From an uncultured virus (IMG/VR IMGVR_UViG_3300043410_000597) (lineage: Duplodnaviria > Heunggongvirae > Uroviricota > Caudoviricetes > Crassvirales), in the IMG/VR virus record IMGVR_UViG_3300043410_000597: 64,000 bases of DNA. One strand, written 5' to 3'. The notes under the pieces are model-generated. The model was not told the DNA's origin. It saw only the letters and a program-made list of their open reading frames with translations, and did no database searches. Below are positions 39,137 to 48,145 of the stretch, one piece after another. Positions within the stretch are counted from its first letter, which is position 1. Each line of letters opens with the position of its first letter. The position numbers were made by a program, and so were the translations under genes.

Positions 39137-39639
39137 AAGTCTTTATTAAGTCTACCAATGACCCTGTCATATTGCCTTGTGGCAAAGTGATGGGGTTTAT
39201 TGTTTTTAGGTTTGATGTCAGATAGCTTTGGAATGGGTTTTTGACCTTGCAACATCTCATAAACTTGTCGCATGATGGCTTTTGCTTGGTAAGATAGCTC
39301 ATAAATAGCCCGTTTGCCCGGTTCAGGCTTGCGAAAATGGATGATTAAGCCTTTCTCCATCAAATCTTGTCGTCTATTTTTAGTAAATCCAAAGATTTGG
39401 CAGTATTGGTCGAACTGATTGGCATCAAATACGTGCTCGGAGTATAAATAACACAACATCTCAAAGTCATCTAGCGTAATTCCGTGCTTATGACGGGCCC
39501 AAGCACGCACAACTTTGATGTATTTTAGAAAGTCTTTGTCAATAGCCTCACGTCTAACGACAATTGGCTTAACTTTATATTCACGCACCTTGATAACTCT
39601 AGGCTTAATCTTCCTAGGCTTCATATATGTTCGGATCAT
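39133..39639 (-). CDS. Hypothetical protein, possibly a winged-helix regulator
   Basis: HGITLDDFEMLCYLY..LMEKGLI..YELS; own -7 box at 39659-39666. Confidence 0.5.
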   Translation of the reverse strand: MIRTYMKPRKIKPRVIKVREYKVKPIVVRREAIDKDFLKYIKVVRAWARHKHGITLDDFEMLCYLYSEHVFDANQFDQYCQIFGFTKNRRQDLMEKGLIIHFRKPEPGKRAIYELSYQAKAIMRQVYEMLQGQKPIPKLSDIKPKNNKPHHFATRQYDRVIGRLNKDF

Positions 39640-39658
39640 TTTATTAAATTTAGTATTA

Positions 39659-39676
39659 CAAAATTACTTATCTTTG
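39659..39676. promoter_or_regulatory. Back-to-back divergent -7 boxes
   Basis: TAATTTTG on minus (39666-39659) and TATCTTTG on plus (39669-39676). Confidence 0.65.
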
Positions 39677-39695
39677 CCAAATAATACTAAATACT

Positions 39696-39953
39696 ATGGC
39701 AAAACCAATTTCGGCATATAACACAGTACAAGCCGCAAAAAAATTAGAACAAGATGCTCGTTTAGAAATGGACAATGTTCGTGGTCTAATGGGCACGGGC
39801 ACAAAAGGTGCAGATAAAATTATTTCAGATGCTCGCAAGCGTGCTGATTATATGAATGCAAATGCTCAACGTTATCGTTCATTAGCAAATGCTGCAGTTA
39901 AAAAAGCAACAGGAAGAGATTATCCTTTAGCTAAATCACCTTCATTCGAATAA
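39696..39953 (+). CDS. Small basic protein
   Basis: 85 aa; paralogous to the next gene. Confidence 0.65.
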   Translation: MAKPISAYNTVQAAKKLEQDARLEMDNVRGLMGTGTKGADKIISDARKRADYMNANAQRYRSLANAAVKKATGRDYPLAKSPSFE

Positions 39954-39955
39954 TT

Positions 39956-40363
39956 ATGGCAAAGATGAAACCAGGGCAGATATCTGCCAAGCGTGCTTAT
40001 GAACTATCTGATTCATTAAGTAAAAATGCTAGTGCAGCGAAATACGCAGGAAACCTTTATATGAAAGGTGCTAATGCTATGCAAAAACGTGAAGAGAAAT
40101 CAGGTAAACAAGAAACAATGGTTGTTGATCCAAGTCGTAAAATTGGAGATGCTTTTGAATTAACCGGTAACAAAGCTGTTAGAGCTTTTGGAACTTCTAT
40201 GTTAAACAGAGCAACTGCTAATTCAGAAAAAGCTACACGTTTAAAAACTCGTGCAGATGCGGCAGTAGCAAAAGCAACAGCAGGACGAGATACACCACTT
40301 CCTTCATCAGAAGGCATGATGAGTAAGATTGCTAGTGGATTATCAACTCTATTTAATAAATAA
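39956..40363 (+). CDS. Small basic protein
   Basis: 135 aa; shares AAV.KAT.GRD.PL with the previous gene. Confidence 0.65.
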   Translation: MAKMKPGQISAKRAYELSDSLSKNASAAKYAGNLYMKGANAMQKREEKSGKQETMVVDPSRKIGDAFELTGNKAVRAFGTSMLNRATANSEKATRLKTRADAAVAKATAGRDTPLPSSEGMMSKIASGLSTLFNK

Positions 40364-40364
40364 A

Positions 40365-40505
40365 ATGGCAAAGCAAGAAAAAACACCAATGACACGTCCA
40401 ATGCCTAAAACGGCTATGGGTATTTCTAAAATCGGAGCTGCTAAGAAGGCAGTGAAGGTTGCTAAAGTAGTGAAAGCTGCTAAGGCAATTAAGAAAATGT
40501 GCTAA
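40365..40505 (+). CDS. Small Lys/Ala-rich protein (46 aa)
   Basis: MAKQEKTPMTRPMPK..AAKKAVKVAKVVKAAKAIKKMC, read by hand. Confidence 0.6.
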   Translation: MAKQEKTPMTRPMPKTAMGISKIGAAKKAVKVAKVVKAAKAIKKMC

Positions 40506-40506
40506 G

Positions 40507-40683
40507 ATGAAAGAGAAAAAAGGAATGGGCTTTAAAGCAGCACAAACTGCTGTTGCCCACAAGATGGGTATCCCTATGGATCGTGCTGCTGCAGTACTAG
40601 CAGCAGGTGCTCGCAAGGCAGGTGCAAAAGCTATTAAGGCTAACCCGAACTTGAAGAAAGTATCGGGCATGAAGAAAAAGTAA
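40507..40683 (+). CDS. Small Lys/Ala-rich protein (58 aa)
   Basis: MKEKKGMGFKAAQ..KANPNLKKVSGMKKK, read by hand; TAATG-coupled to next gene. Confidence 0.65.
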   Translation: MKEKKGMGFKAAQTAVAHKMGIPMDRAAAVLAAGARKAGAKAIKANPNLKKVSGMKKK

Positions 40684-40880
40684 TGAAAGGCTTAGGAGAC
40701 GTAGTCGAAAAAGTTGCTAAGGTAACTGGTATTGCAGCCGCTGTTAAATCCGTCGCAGGTGATAACTGCGGCTGTGCTGCTAGAAGAGATGCATTGAACA
40801 GAGTATTTCCATTTAATAAGGAAGAAGATAATAAAATACAATCAAGTAATGACATCAAAAAAATGCACAAAATGCAATAA
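40683..40880 (+). CDS. Small phage protein
   Basis: KGLGDVVEK..TGI..CGC..RRDALN.VFP motif. Confidence 0.7.
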   Translation: MKGLGDVVEKVAKVTGIAAAVKSVAGDNCGCAARRDALNRVFPFNKEEDNKIQSSNDIKKMHKMQ

Positions 40881-41373
40881 TGTTTTTGATTTAAGTAACT
40901 TCTATACAACAGGGAAAAAAGTATCAGGAGAACCTAAGTATAATTCTTGGTGTAAAAAATGTATATCAGAAAAACAATCTTCATACCACAAACAAACTTG
41001 GGGAGAAGATAAGTTAAAGTATACTTCTTTTAAAAGAACCAAATCGGTAAAATCATATTTGTCTTATTTAAGGGCTAAAGCATTAGGCAGAAAGAAAGGC
41101 GATAATATAGACATAGACTATTTAATTAGCCTTTGGGATAAACAAAATGGTAAATGTGCTTTAACTGGTTGGGATATGACTATGGTTTTAGGGGAAGGTG
41201 TTATACAAACAAATTGTAGCATTGATAGAATAGATTCATCAATAGGATATGTTGAAGGAAATATACAGTTGGTTTGTCGTATTGTAAATATATCAAAGAG
41301 TAATACATCTGTTGATAATTTTATAAATTTGTGCAAATCAGTTGTTGATTTTAATAACAAACAAAATGGCTAA
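40849..41373 (+). CDS. HNH-like (His-Me finger) endonuclease
   Basis: CTKC, WCKKC, QNGKCALTG, SIDRIDS..GY..GNIQLVC..N. Confidence 0.75.
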   Translation: MTSKKCTKCNNVFDLSNFYTTGKKVSGEPKYNSWCKKCISEKQSSYHKQTWGEDKLKYTSFKRTKSVKSYLSYLRAKALGRKKGDNIDIDYLISLWDKQNGKCALTGWDMTMVLGEGVIQTNCSIDRIDSSIGYVEGNIQLVCRIVNISKSNTSVDNFINLCKSVVDFNNKQNG

Positions 41374-41638
41374 AACAGCAGCATGGCAACGGTCAGAGGG
41401 TAAAAGTAAAACTGGTGGGTTAAATGCCAAAGGTGTTGCGTCATACCGACGTGAACATCCTGGTAGTAAACTGCAAACAGCAGTGACTACACCACCATCA
41501 AAATTAAAGGCAGGCAGCAAAGATGCTGCTAGACGCAAGTCATTCTGTGCTCGTATGTCGGGCATGGAGGGGCCAATGAAGAAGCCAAATGGCGAGCCAA
41601 CAAGAAAAGCGTTAGCATTAAAGAAATGGAACTGTTAA
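41366..41638 (+). CDS. Small basic phage protein (DUF6321-like)
   Basis: AWQRSEGK..GGLNAKG..RRKSFCARM..ALKKWNC. Confidence 0.7.
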   Translation: MAKTAAWQRSEGKSKTGGLNAKGVASYRREHPGSKLQTAVTTPPSKLKAGSKDAARRKSFCARMSGMEGPMKKPNGEPTRKALALKKWNC

Positions 41639-41766
41639 AAAGAAAAGACGGGTCAAAGTCTCGTCGTGGCTTATGGGATAATATCCGTGAGAATAAAGGC
41701 TCAGGCAAGAAGCCTACCAAAGAAATGTTAAAGCAAGAGAAGAAGATTCTCGCAAAGAAAAAGTAA
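41626..41766 (+). CDS. Small Lys-rich protein (46 aa)
   Basis: RKDGSKSRRGLWDNIR..GSGKKPTKEMLKQEKKI, read by hand. Confidence 0.6.
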   Translation: MELLKRKDGSKSRRGLWDNIRENKGSGKKPTKEMLKQEKKILAKKK

Positions 41767-42041
41767 TGGCAGGACGTACATCTGAGTATTATAAGACGCA
41801 TCCCGAAGCAAGAGCTAAACGCTTGGCTTATCAGGCTGACTATAACAAGCATCCTGATCAGTTGCGTAAGCGTATTGAGCTTAACAAGGAGAACCGTAAG
41901 CGTGGGTCTTATGCAGACCACGATGGCAAAGATTTAGCTCACCACATGAGCGGTAGATTCACTGAGAAAGTGGCTAGTCGCAACCGTGGAGACAAGAACG
42001 ATATGCCTGGCGATCATCGGGCAAGAGGCAAAAAAAAATAA
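41766..42041 (+). CDS. Small basic protein, degenerate HNH-like
   Basis: DGKDLAH..ASRNRG. Confidence 0.55.
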   Translation: MAGRTSEYYKTHPEARAKRLAYQADYNKHPDQLRKRIELNKENRKRGSYADHDGKDLAHHMSGRFTEKVASRNRGDKNDMPGDHRARGKKK

Positions 42042-42071
42042 TTAACTTTGTACTTCAAAACATCAAAAAGA

Positions 42072-42200
42072 ATGAAAAAGGTATCTAAGAAAACAGCGTT
42101 CAATATCAAAGAAGCAAGTAACCAAAAATTGACAGCAACTGCACGTAAGCACTACGCAGAAAACGCACAAGCTGCAATGAAAAACAAAAAGAAGAAATAA
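42072..42200 (+). CDS. Small Lys-rich protein (42 aa)
   Basis: MKKVSKK..ASNQKLTATARKHYAENA..KKKK; -7 box TAACTTTG at 42043. Confidence 0.6.
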   Translation: MKKVSKKTAFNIKEASNQKLTATARKHYAENAQAAMKNKKKK

Positions 42201-42201
42201 G

Positions 42202-42465
42202 ATGGGTGTTTTAAATTATATGCAGTCAGGGCGTGCTGCAGCAGTAACGCCTTCTAATACTACAAACATTCCAAGTGTTTCAGGTGGTACAAATGACGAA
42301 GGATGTATCCTTTACATTGGTGGAGCTGGTAACTTGAAAGTCTTAACTATTGGTGGAGACGAGGTTACTTTCTACGCAGTACCAGCAGGCACAACTCTTC
42401 AAGTTCGTGTTCTAAGAGTTTTCTCTACAGGAACAGCAGCTACAAACATCGTTGCTCTCTGGTAA
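42202..42465 (+). CDS. Head-spike base protein (RcGTA Rcc01079-like)
   Basis: AAAVTPS..LYIGGAGNLKV..VTF..VPAG..L.VRV.RV..TGTAATNIVAL. Confidence 0.75.
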   Translation: MGVLNYMQSGRAAAVTPSNTTNIPSVSGGTNDEGCILYIGGAGNLKVLTIGGDEVTFYAVPAGTTLQVRVLRVFSTGTAATNIVALW

Positions 42466-42629
42466 TGACAGAAGACGACTTGAAAATAGGAATCTTAAAT
42501 TCGATAACTCTTATGTTATCGTTCACCACTATAGAAGCTACTCTTCGTGTGGCGTTATTGGCTGTGTCCATAGCGTACACGGGGTTTAAGCTATATAAAC
42601 TTATAAAAGAAAGAAAGAAATGGCTTTAA
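42465..42629 (+). CDS. Small membrane protein, holin/antiholin candidate (54 aa)
   Basis: Hydrophobic stretches and a basic tail; precedes the endolysin. Confidence 0.5.
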   Translation: MTEDDLKIGILNSITLMLSFTTIEATLRVALLAVSIAYTGFKLYKLIKERKKWL

Positions 42630-42907
42630 TCGATTTATTTAAAGACGAGAATGATATCAATGAAAAATCTGTATTAGGATTTTTATCATTTGGTGTTCTT
42701 ACTATCTACGCATCAGTAGACATCGTTACAGGATATTTTGGTCAGCAATTTGTAATTGAGCCAGTTATTCTTGAAATTTTCGCTGCCTTGACAGGTGGTT
42801 GTTTTGGTATTGCTGCATTTGAGAAAGTGAAGAATCGCCAAAACGAGACAGAAAGACAAAAAGCCCTAGGTGGCCAAATCGAGCCATATGAAGAGTCTGA
42901 AGGTTAA
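42620..42907 (+). CDS. Two-TM membrane protein, holin candidate
   Basis: NDINEKSVLGFLSF..GCFGIAAFEK. Confidence 0.55.
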   Translation: MALIDLFKDENDINEKSVLGFLSFGVLTIYASVDIVTGYFGQQFVIEPVILEIFAALTGGCFGIAAFEKVKNRQNETERQKALGGQIEPYEESEG

Positions 42908-43502
42908 TATTATTATGTTTCTTATCAGCATGGTGCTTCTGGTTCTCTTCATGAGAGAAAGAGGCAAGAATGCTGAGACAAGACCTAATGATACGATTAC
43001 TGTTCACGACACGACTTGGCAGATTCACGATTCGATTCGTATCAAGAAAGTACCCGTATACAAAGAGGTGATTGTAGAGGTAGCATCCAAACCAGAGATG
43101 CTACCTGATACAAACTATGCACGCTTAAAAGAGCAATATATGGCACTTTTAGCGTTGTATCTAAACAAAAAAGCCTATTATGACACGATTCGTGTCGGAT
43201 CATACGGTTATATTGCACTTTTGGATACAATAAAAGAAAATAAAATAGCCCACAGACGCACACGTGATAATTTTAATATACCAATCGTTAAGGAAACTAA
43301 AACTATTACTAAGTATGCACCACCAGTCCGTCAGTTATACGTTGGAGGTGGCGTTATGGTTAACAACACCCTTGGGATAAGAGGTGCAGAAGCTGGCTTA
43401 CTATACAAGACAAAGAAGGATGAGATATATAATATCACAGCCGGAGCAAATCTTGATGGAGCAGTAATCTATGGTGTGCATTACTATTATAAACTAAAGT
43501 AA
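42888..43502 (+). CDS. Membrane-anchored protein in the lysis cassette (spanin-like candidate)
   Basis: N-terminal TM, DT repeats, beta-rich C-terminus ending YYYKLK. Confidence 0.5.
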   Translation: MKSLKVNIIMFLISMVLLVLFMRERGKNAETRPNDTITVHDTTWQIHDSIRIKKVPVYKEVIVEVASKPEMLPDTNYARLKEQYMALLALYLNKKAYYDTIRVGSYGYIALLDTIKENKIAHRRTRDNFNIPIVKETKTITKYAPPVRQLYVGGGVMVNNTLGIRGAEAGLLYKTKKDEIYNITAGANLDGAVIYGVHYYYKLK

Positions 43503-43503
43503 A

Positions 43504-44352
43504 ATGCTATTAAGAGTTGGATCGACAGGTGACGAGGTAAAAAAACTCCAAGAGAAACTTGGCGTAGATGTCATTGGTAAGTTTGGGCCAAAGACTGAGG
43601 CAGCTGTGAAGGGATGGCAAGCGGCTCATGGGTTGACCCCTGACGGGTTGGTTGGTGATGCTACTTGGGCGAAGATGTTTGCACCAGTTACACCTCCTCA
43701 TACAGTTGTTGTTCCCCCTTTGCAGCAATTTTCTAAAGAACCCAATGTTTCATTCAAATTAGATGCACTTAAAGGTCACGTGCCACAGGCAGTGATTGAT
43801 GCAATACCTGATACGGCTTCTAAGTTTGATATTTCTACTCCATTAAGACTTGCTCACTTCTTAGCTCAGTGTGGTCACGAGTCAGGAGGGTTTAAAGCAG
43901 TTCAAGAGAATCTAAACTACGGAGCCAAAGGCTTGCTTAGTATTTTTAAGAAATACTTTAAGACCATTGCTCAAGCTACAGCCTACGAGCGTAAGCCTGA
44001 GAAGATTGCTAACCTAGTCTATGCAAATAGAATGGGTAATGGATCAGAGGGGAGTGGAGAGGGTTGGAAATATCGTGGGAGAGGTTACATTCAATTGACA
44101 GGCAAAGAAAACTACAAAGCATTTGATGCGACTGTTCCTGAGGATATTACAGCCAATCCTGACTTAGTAGCAACTAAATATGCCTTAGCCTCCGCAGCAT
44201 TTTTCTTTAAGAAGAATAACCTATGGGCAATCTGCGACAAAGGTAGTTCGCCAGAAGTTGTAACTTTGGTAACCAAAAGGGTAAATGGCGGCACAATTGG
44301 ACTTGCTGACCGTCAAAAACATTTTAAAGAATACTATAACCTACTAAGCTAA
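43504..44352 (+). CDS. Endolysin: peptidoglycan-binding domain plus GH19 catalytic domain
   Basis: GDEVKKLQ..FGPKTEAAVK..DGLVG; AHFLAQCGHESGGF, YRGRGYIQLTGK.NY, VNGG. Confidence 0.93.
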   Translation: MLLRVGSTGDEVKKLQEKLGVDVIGKFGPKTEAAVKGWQAAHGLTPDGLVGDATWAKMFAPVTPPHTVVVPPLQQFSKEPNVSFKLDALKGHVPQAVIDAIPDTASKFDISTPLRLAHFLAQCGHESGGFKAVQENLNYGAKGLLSIFKKYFKTIAQATAYERKPEKIANLVYANRMGNGSEGSGEGWKYRGRGYIQLTGKENYKAFDATVPEDITANPDLVATKYALASAAFFFKKNNLWAICDKGSSPEVVTLVTKRVNGGTIGLADRQKHFKEYYNLLS

Positions 44353-44480
44353 TGGCAAAAGCAAAATCATCATCCGAAGCAAAGAAAATTGTATTCGGAG
44401 TACGTCGCAAAGGGAAGCACGCTAAAACGTCTTCACCAAAAGACAAACAAACTAAAAAATACAGAGGCCAGGGAAGATAA
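44352..44480 (+). CDS. Small Lys-rich protein (42 aa)
   Basis: RRKGKHAK..KKYRGQGR, read by hand; TAATG-coupled to the endolysin. Confidence 0.6.
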   Translation: MAKAKSSSEAKKIVFGVRRKGKHAKTSSPKDKQTKKYRGQGR

Positions 44481-44506
44481 TACTTCCCTGTTTTTATATA
44501 AGCATT

Positions 44507-45043
44507 ATGAAAGTACTATTATTTCTTGTATCAAGCATAGTTGGACTTGCAACAGCAACGCAAGGTTACTTTGTGTATTTGCATTTCTTTGATGATGCAA
44601 AAGCTAGAGAGATTATTTTATCCCACAACGAGAGTATTGACATCTCATCTGTACATAATTCTGTACAGATTGGTACACTAGCTGGCAACCGTAACCTAGA
44701 GTTTGGAGTTAAAGGTATGCTAGAAGAATTCGTAGAGGAGAAAGACTACTTACTTAATCCATACGCAACTAAGAAATTAGAGGTAGAGATATTATATCTA
44801 GATGTATTAAAGACTCAATCAAACCTATCAGTATTCCATAAGAACAGCGATGCTGTGGTGATTAGAATGCGTGGTAAATTAATTAATAACGGTAAGGTTG
44901 TAAAGACAGTTATTGTTGAAGAGTCAGCAGAAGAGGTATCTATGTCAACTCTTTTGATTGATGAAGGAGGTAAATTTAATCAAACTAATTTAAGTTCAGC
45001 TTTAAAGAAAACTTGTAATACTTTGATTAATAAACTTCTATGA
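44507..45043 (+). CDS. Exported/membrane protein, CsgG-like paralogue 1
   Basis: Hydrophobic N-terminus; FGVKGMLEEFVEE and KFNQTNLSSALKK match motifs in 47438-48145. Confidence 0.55.
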   Translation: MKVLLFLVSSIVGLATATQGYFVYLHFFDDAKAREIILSHNESIDISSVHNSVQIGTLAGNRNLEFGVKGMLEEFVEEKDYLLNPYATKKLEVEILYLDVLKTQSNLSVFHKNSDAVVIRMRGKLINNGKVVKTVIVEESAEEVSMSTLLIDEGGKFNQTNLSSALKKTCNTLINKLL

Positions 45044-46773
45044 AAAAACTATTTTTGATTGCAACAATTTTAATTTTTGCAATTCGAGTACAGGGCCAAA
45101 CTGTCAAACTTTATTTCCCTAACGATACTAACAATCTAAATATTGCTGGCAATGTAATCAATAAGGGTGATACATTATTAGTTGATGTGCACGCAGATGG
45201 CAACAGCAATTCTACTGTTCGTTCATTGTACTTTGACTTTGAGTACCCTAATACAGCATTAAGTTTATTAGGTGTTTCTAACTTTAATACCATCTTGCAA
45301 ATTAACTCACAGGCAACGATGAGTTATTATACGTACCCAGGATATGCTTGGCAGAATACTACATTAAACTCTAGCACAGATGGTAATGTGAAATATCGTT
45401 ATGCATCTTATACCTATACCCAAGGTGGTCCAAAAACAATCTTGCGTGTATACTTAAACTGGGCAGCCTCCTCAGGCGTACTTGGTACAGGCAAGTTATT
45501 ATCATTGAAGTATAAGTTAAAGACTGATGCACCGGGTTATAGTTGGGACCCAATTAAGATGAACTTTGCTGCGGCATATAATCAGAATGGCTCAGAAGGT
45601 TCGACTTTAATGACGACTCCATTGACAAGTATCATTATACTTGATCCAACAGCAAGTAAATATGTGACAGCAACTATTGGTAATAATGCTAACGTAGATA
45701 ATTTTAGTTTGCATAGAGTAGCATTCACAGATTCAGTAACCAACCAAACATTCTTGGTTGATGCGTTATCTGATGGTAGTATTCCTGTGGACCAAACTAG
45801 ATTTAGTCCAAATACAGTTTACCATGTGCGTGTTATGTTTAATATGGACACGATTAAAGACTTAGCAACAGCAGCGGTAAGTGTATCTGACTATACCACA
45901 GCACAGGCTGAGTATGTGACTCAAAATTTAGATGGCACATTCCGCAATCAAAATATTGTGACAGGAATGGGGTATTATGCAGCGGATGTGAATAGAAATA
46001 AGTTATTTGATGGAGGAGACTTAGTTAAACTATTCTCGCACGTAGTGGGAGTAGATAATTTAGTGACACTGCCAACAGGATACACAGCTGGTACAGATAT
46101 GTACATGAGCGTTCCAACATTTACTCAAAGCGAGTTTGATGGTGCTACTCAATCCACTTGGAAGGACTTGCCACGTAACTATGCTCGATTTAAGACAGGT
46201 GTGATTGGTGCAAACCTGCCTTTAAAGTTACGCTACGTGATACCAGGTGATATTAACCGTTCACATAGTTCGCAGGTGGTGATAGGTAATAGTATTGCAA
46301 CAAATGCGATTAAAAGTTTGTCTACCTCAGGATATATTAATACACCTCAGAACATCCCATCAATTGATGTAAGTTTAAAGAATGTCACGATTACTTCTAG
46401 TACAATCGACATTCCTGTGGTTATTAACACAAATGAGAAACAAGTTTCATCTTTGCAGTTTGAGTTTACTTATGACCCAACAAAGGTGAAGTTTGAACAG
46501 TTGTTCAATGAGTTGCCTAGTACTTGGTACACATTTGTGGACAATCAAGAAGGCAAGATTCGTTTTGGATCGTTGGACAAAGATTTAAAGACTCCTGTTA
46601 CAGGAACGATTATTCCATTTAAGTTACGTTTTAGTTCTGTGATTAACCCATTGGATATCAATACGTACATTAAAGTAAGTCCTAATATGGATGCTAGCTC
46701 TAAGACTGGCTATCAGTTAGGGATTAATTTATCAACCGACTCGATCAAATTGACGGGTTATAATAACTTCTAA
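45040..46773 (+). CDS. Secreted protein with cohesin-like and dockerin-like domains
   Basis: Signal peptide ..VQG|Q; SLYFDFEY and IDIPVVI..VSSLQFEFTYDPTKVKF (cohesin-like); ADVNRNKLFDGGD and GDINRS (dockerin-like). Confidence 0.65.
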   Translation: MKKLFLIATILIFAIRVQGQTVKLYFPNDTNNLNIAGNVINKGDTLLVDVHADGNSNSTVRSLYFDFEYPNTALSLLGVSNFNTILQINSQATMSYYTYPGYAWQNTTLNSSTDGNVKYRYASYTYTQGGPKTILRVYLNWAASSGVLGTGKLLSLKYKLKTDAPGYSWDPIKMNFAAAYNQNGSEGSTLMTTPLTSIIILDPTASKYVTATIGNNANVDNFSLHRVAFTDSVTNQTFLVDALSDGSIPVDQTRFSPNTVYHVRVMFNMDTIKDLATAAVSVSDYTTAQAEYVTQNLDGTFRNQNIVTGMGYYAADVNRNKLFDGGDLVKLFSHVVGVDNLVTLPTGYTAGTDMYMSVPTFTQSEFDGATQSTWKDLPRNYARFKTGVIGANLPLKLRYVIPGDINRSHSSQVVIGNSIATNAIKSLSTSGYINTPQNIPSIDVSLKNVTITSSTIDIPVVINTNEKQVSSLQFEFTYDPTKVKFEQLFNELPSTWYTFVDNQEGKIRFGSLDKDLKTPVTGTIIPFKLRFSSVINPLDINTYIKVSPNMDASSKTGYQLGINLSTDSIKLTGYNNF

Positions 46774-46774
46774 G

Positions 46775-47137
46775 ATGAACAGACTTATTATAGTATTATT
46801 TTTGTTATTCGTAATTTCGTGTGAGGAAATTAGCGTAGTTGAGCAGCCAATCAATTTAGGCGTTGAGTCTAAGGTTATGGTTGTTAACTCAGCGGTTGTT
46901 AAGAACAACGTACTTGAGGTTAGCATTGCTACTACACCAGGTGCAAAGTATTTACTAGAAGTATATACTTTTGGAGGCAAAGAACCGGTGAAGAAGTTAG
47001 GCTTCACTGCTGATGCAAATGTTAGTAATAAGAGTATCCAAATGGATACACTTAAGAAAGGGATGTATGATTTAAAAATCATCAATATCTCAGGAGAAGA
47101 AATTAAAAGACCAATTAACCACAATAATTATTTATAA
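46775..47137 (+). CDS. Lipoprotein with Ig-like/T9SS-CTD-like fold
   Basis: Lipobox FVIS|C followed by EE; LKKGMYDLKI near the C-terminus. Confidence 0.65.
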   Translation: MNRLIIVLFLLFVISCEEISVVEQPINLGVESKVMVVNSAVVKNNVLEVSIATTPGAKYLLEVYTFGGKEPVKKLGFTADANVSNKSIQMDTLKKGMYDLKIINISGEEIKRPINHNNYL

Positions 47138-47138
47138 G

Positions 47139-47444
47139 ATGTCAGAAGAAAAAGAAGGAGGCTCAATTAAGGGAGCTGTAATCGGAGGGATAACATTGCT
47201 TATTACAACTGTCACAGGTGTGGTGGCTACTAAGTTTGAGTCAATCTTTGGAGACAAAGAAGAACCAAAGACTGAGGTGGTACAACCTGCGGCACAGCAA
47301 CCACAGATTGTTATCAACAATGCACAGCCTCAGCAAGCATCAAGCGGAGGCACTAAGACTGTCATTGTTAAGGAGAAGGCTGCAAAAGAAAAACCTAAAG
47401 CTCCTACAGCTAAAGAAGAATTAGAAAAACCACCACAATGGTAA
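47139..47444 (+). CDS. Single-TM protein with low-complexity tail
   Basis: TM AVIGGITLLITTVTGVVA followed by a Q/P/K-rich region. Confidence 0.6.
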   Translation: MSEEKEGGSIKGAVIGGITLLITTVTGVVATKFESIFGDKEEPKTEVVQPAAQQPQIVINNAQPQQASSGGTKTVIVKEKAAKEKPKAPTAKEELEKPPQW

Positions 47445-48145
47445 GATGGAGTATTTGCTTATTGCTATTGTCGTTGTCATCTTATGGGCAGATTGCCACG
47501 ACCAAAACGGAGGCTTATCAAGCTAGTTTTGAGAAGAAGATTAATATCGACTCATTAATGGACTATGATGGTCCTAAGATTCCTATTCAATTACTATCGA
47601 TTGGGATCAATGAGGATATTTATGCTTCGTACCCAGAACTAAAAGATAAGCGTGTAGGATTAGGTGTGACTAATATTGTAGTTGAGTTCTTGGAAGAGAC
47701 CAATCGCTTTACATTTACTGAGGACAAGGCTGAGATTAAGAACCGTATGGTCAAGCAGTTTCAAGCTAGTCAAGCAGGTATATCAGAGAACAAACTAGAC
47801 GGACGTGGCAAGATTAAACTTGCTCAGTACTTTGTTTACATTGAGTGTTACGACTTCTCAGTTAGTGAAGACGAGTCTATTAGTTTAAAAGATGGTGCAA
47901 AGCAAACCGTAGTAACAAGACTTGGCTTGCAAGTTAAGTTTGTGAACGCTGAGACGGGCGAATACTTTACAGGCTCAGGACTAGGCGAGGCTAAGACTAC
48001 ACGTGAGGCTACACTAATGAATGACGGAAACTTTGCAGAAATTAAATTTAATCAATCCACTATAGGCACAACGACTAAGAAAGCGTTGGAGAATGCTTCT
48101 AGTAAAATTATTGTGCGGATGATTAAAAAGAAAATCTTTAAATGA
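47438..48145 (+). CDS. CsgG/HfaB-family outer-membrane assembly/secretion-like protein
   Basis: Signal peptide ..SYG|Q; GLGVTNIVVEFLEETNRF, AQYFVY..YDF, LQVKFVNAETGE. Confidence 0.65.
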   Translation: MVRWSICLLLLSLSSYGQIATTKTEAYQASFEKKINIDSLMDYDGPKIPIQLLSIGINEDIYASYPELKDKRVGLGVTNIVVEFLEETNRFTFTEDKAEIKNRMVKQFQASQAGISENKLDGRGKIKLAQYFVYIECYDFSVSEDESISLKDGAKQTVVTRLGLQVKFVNAETGEYFTGSGLGEAKTTREATLMNDGNFAEIKFNQSTIGTTTKKALENASSKIIVRMIKKKIFK

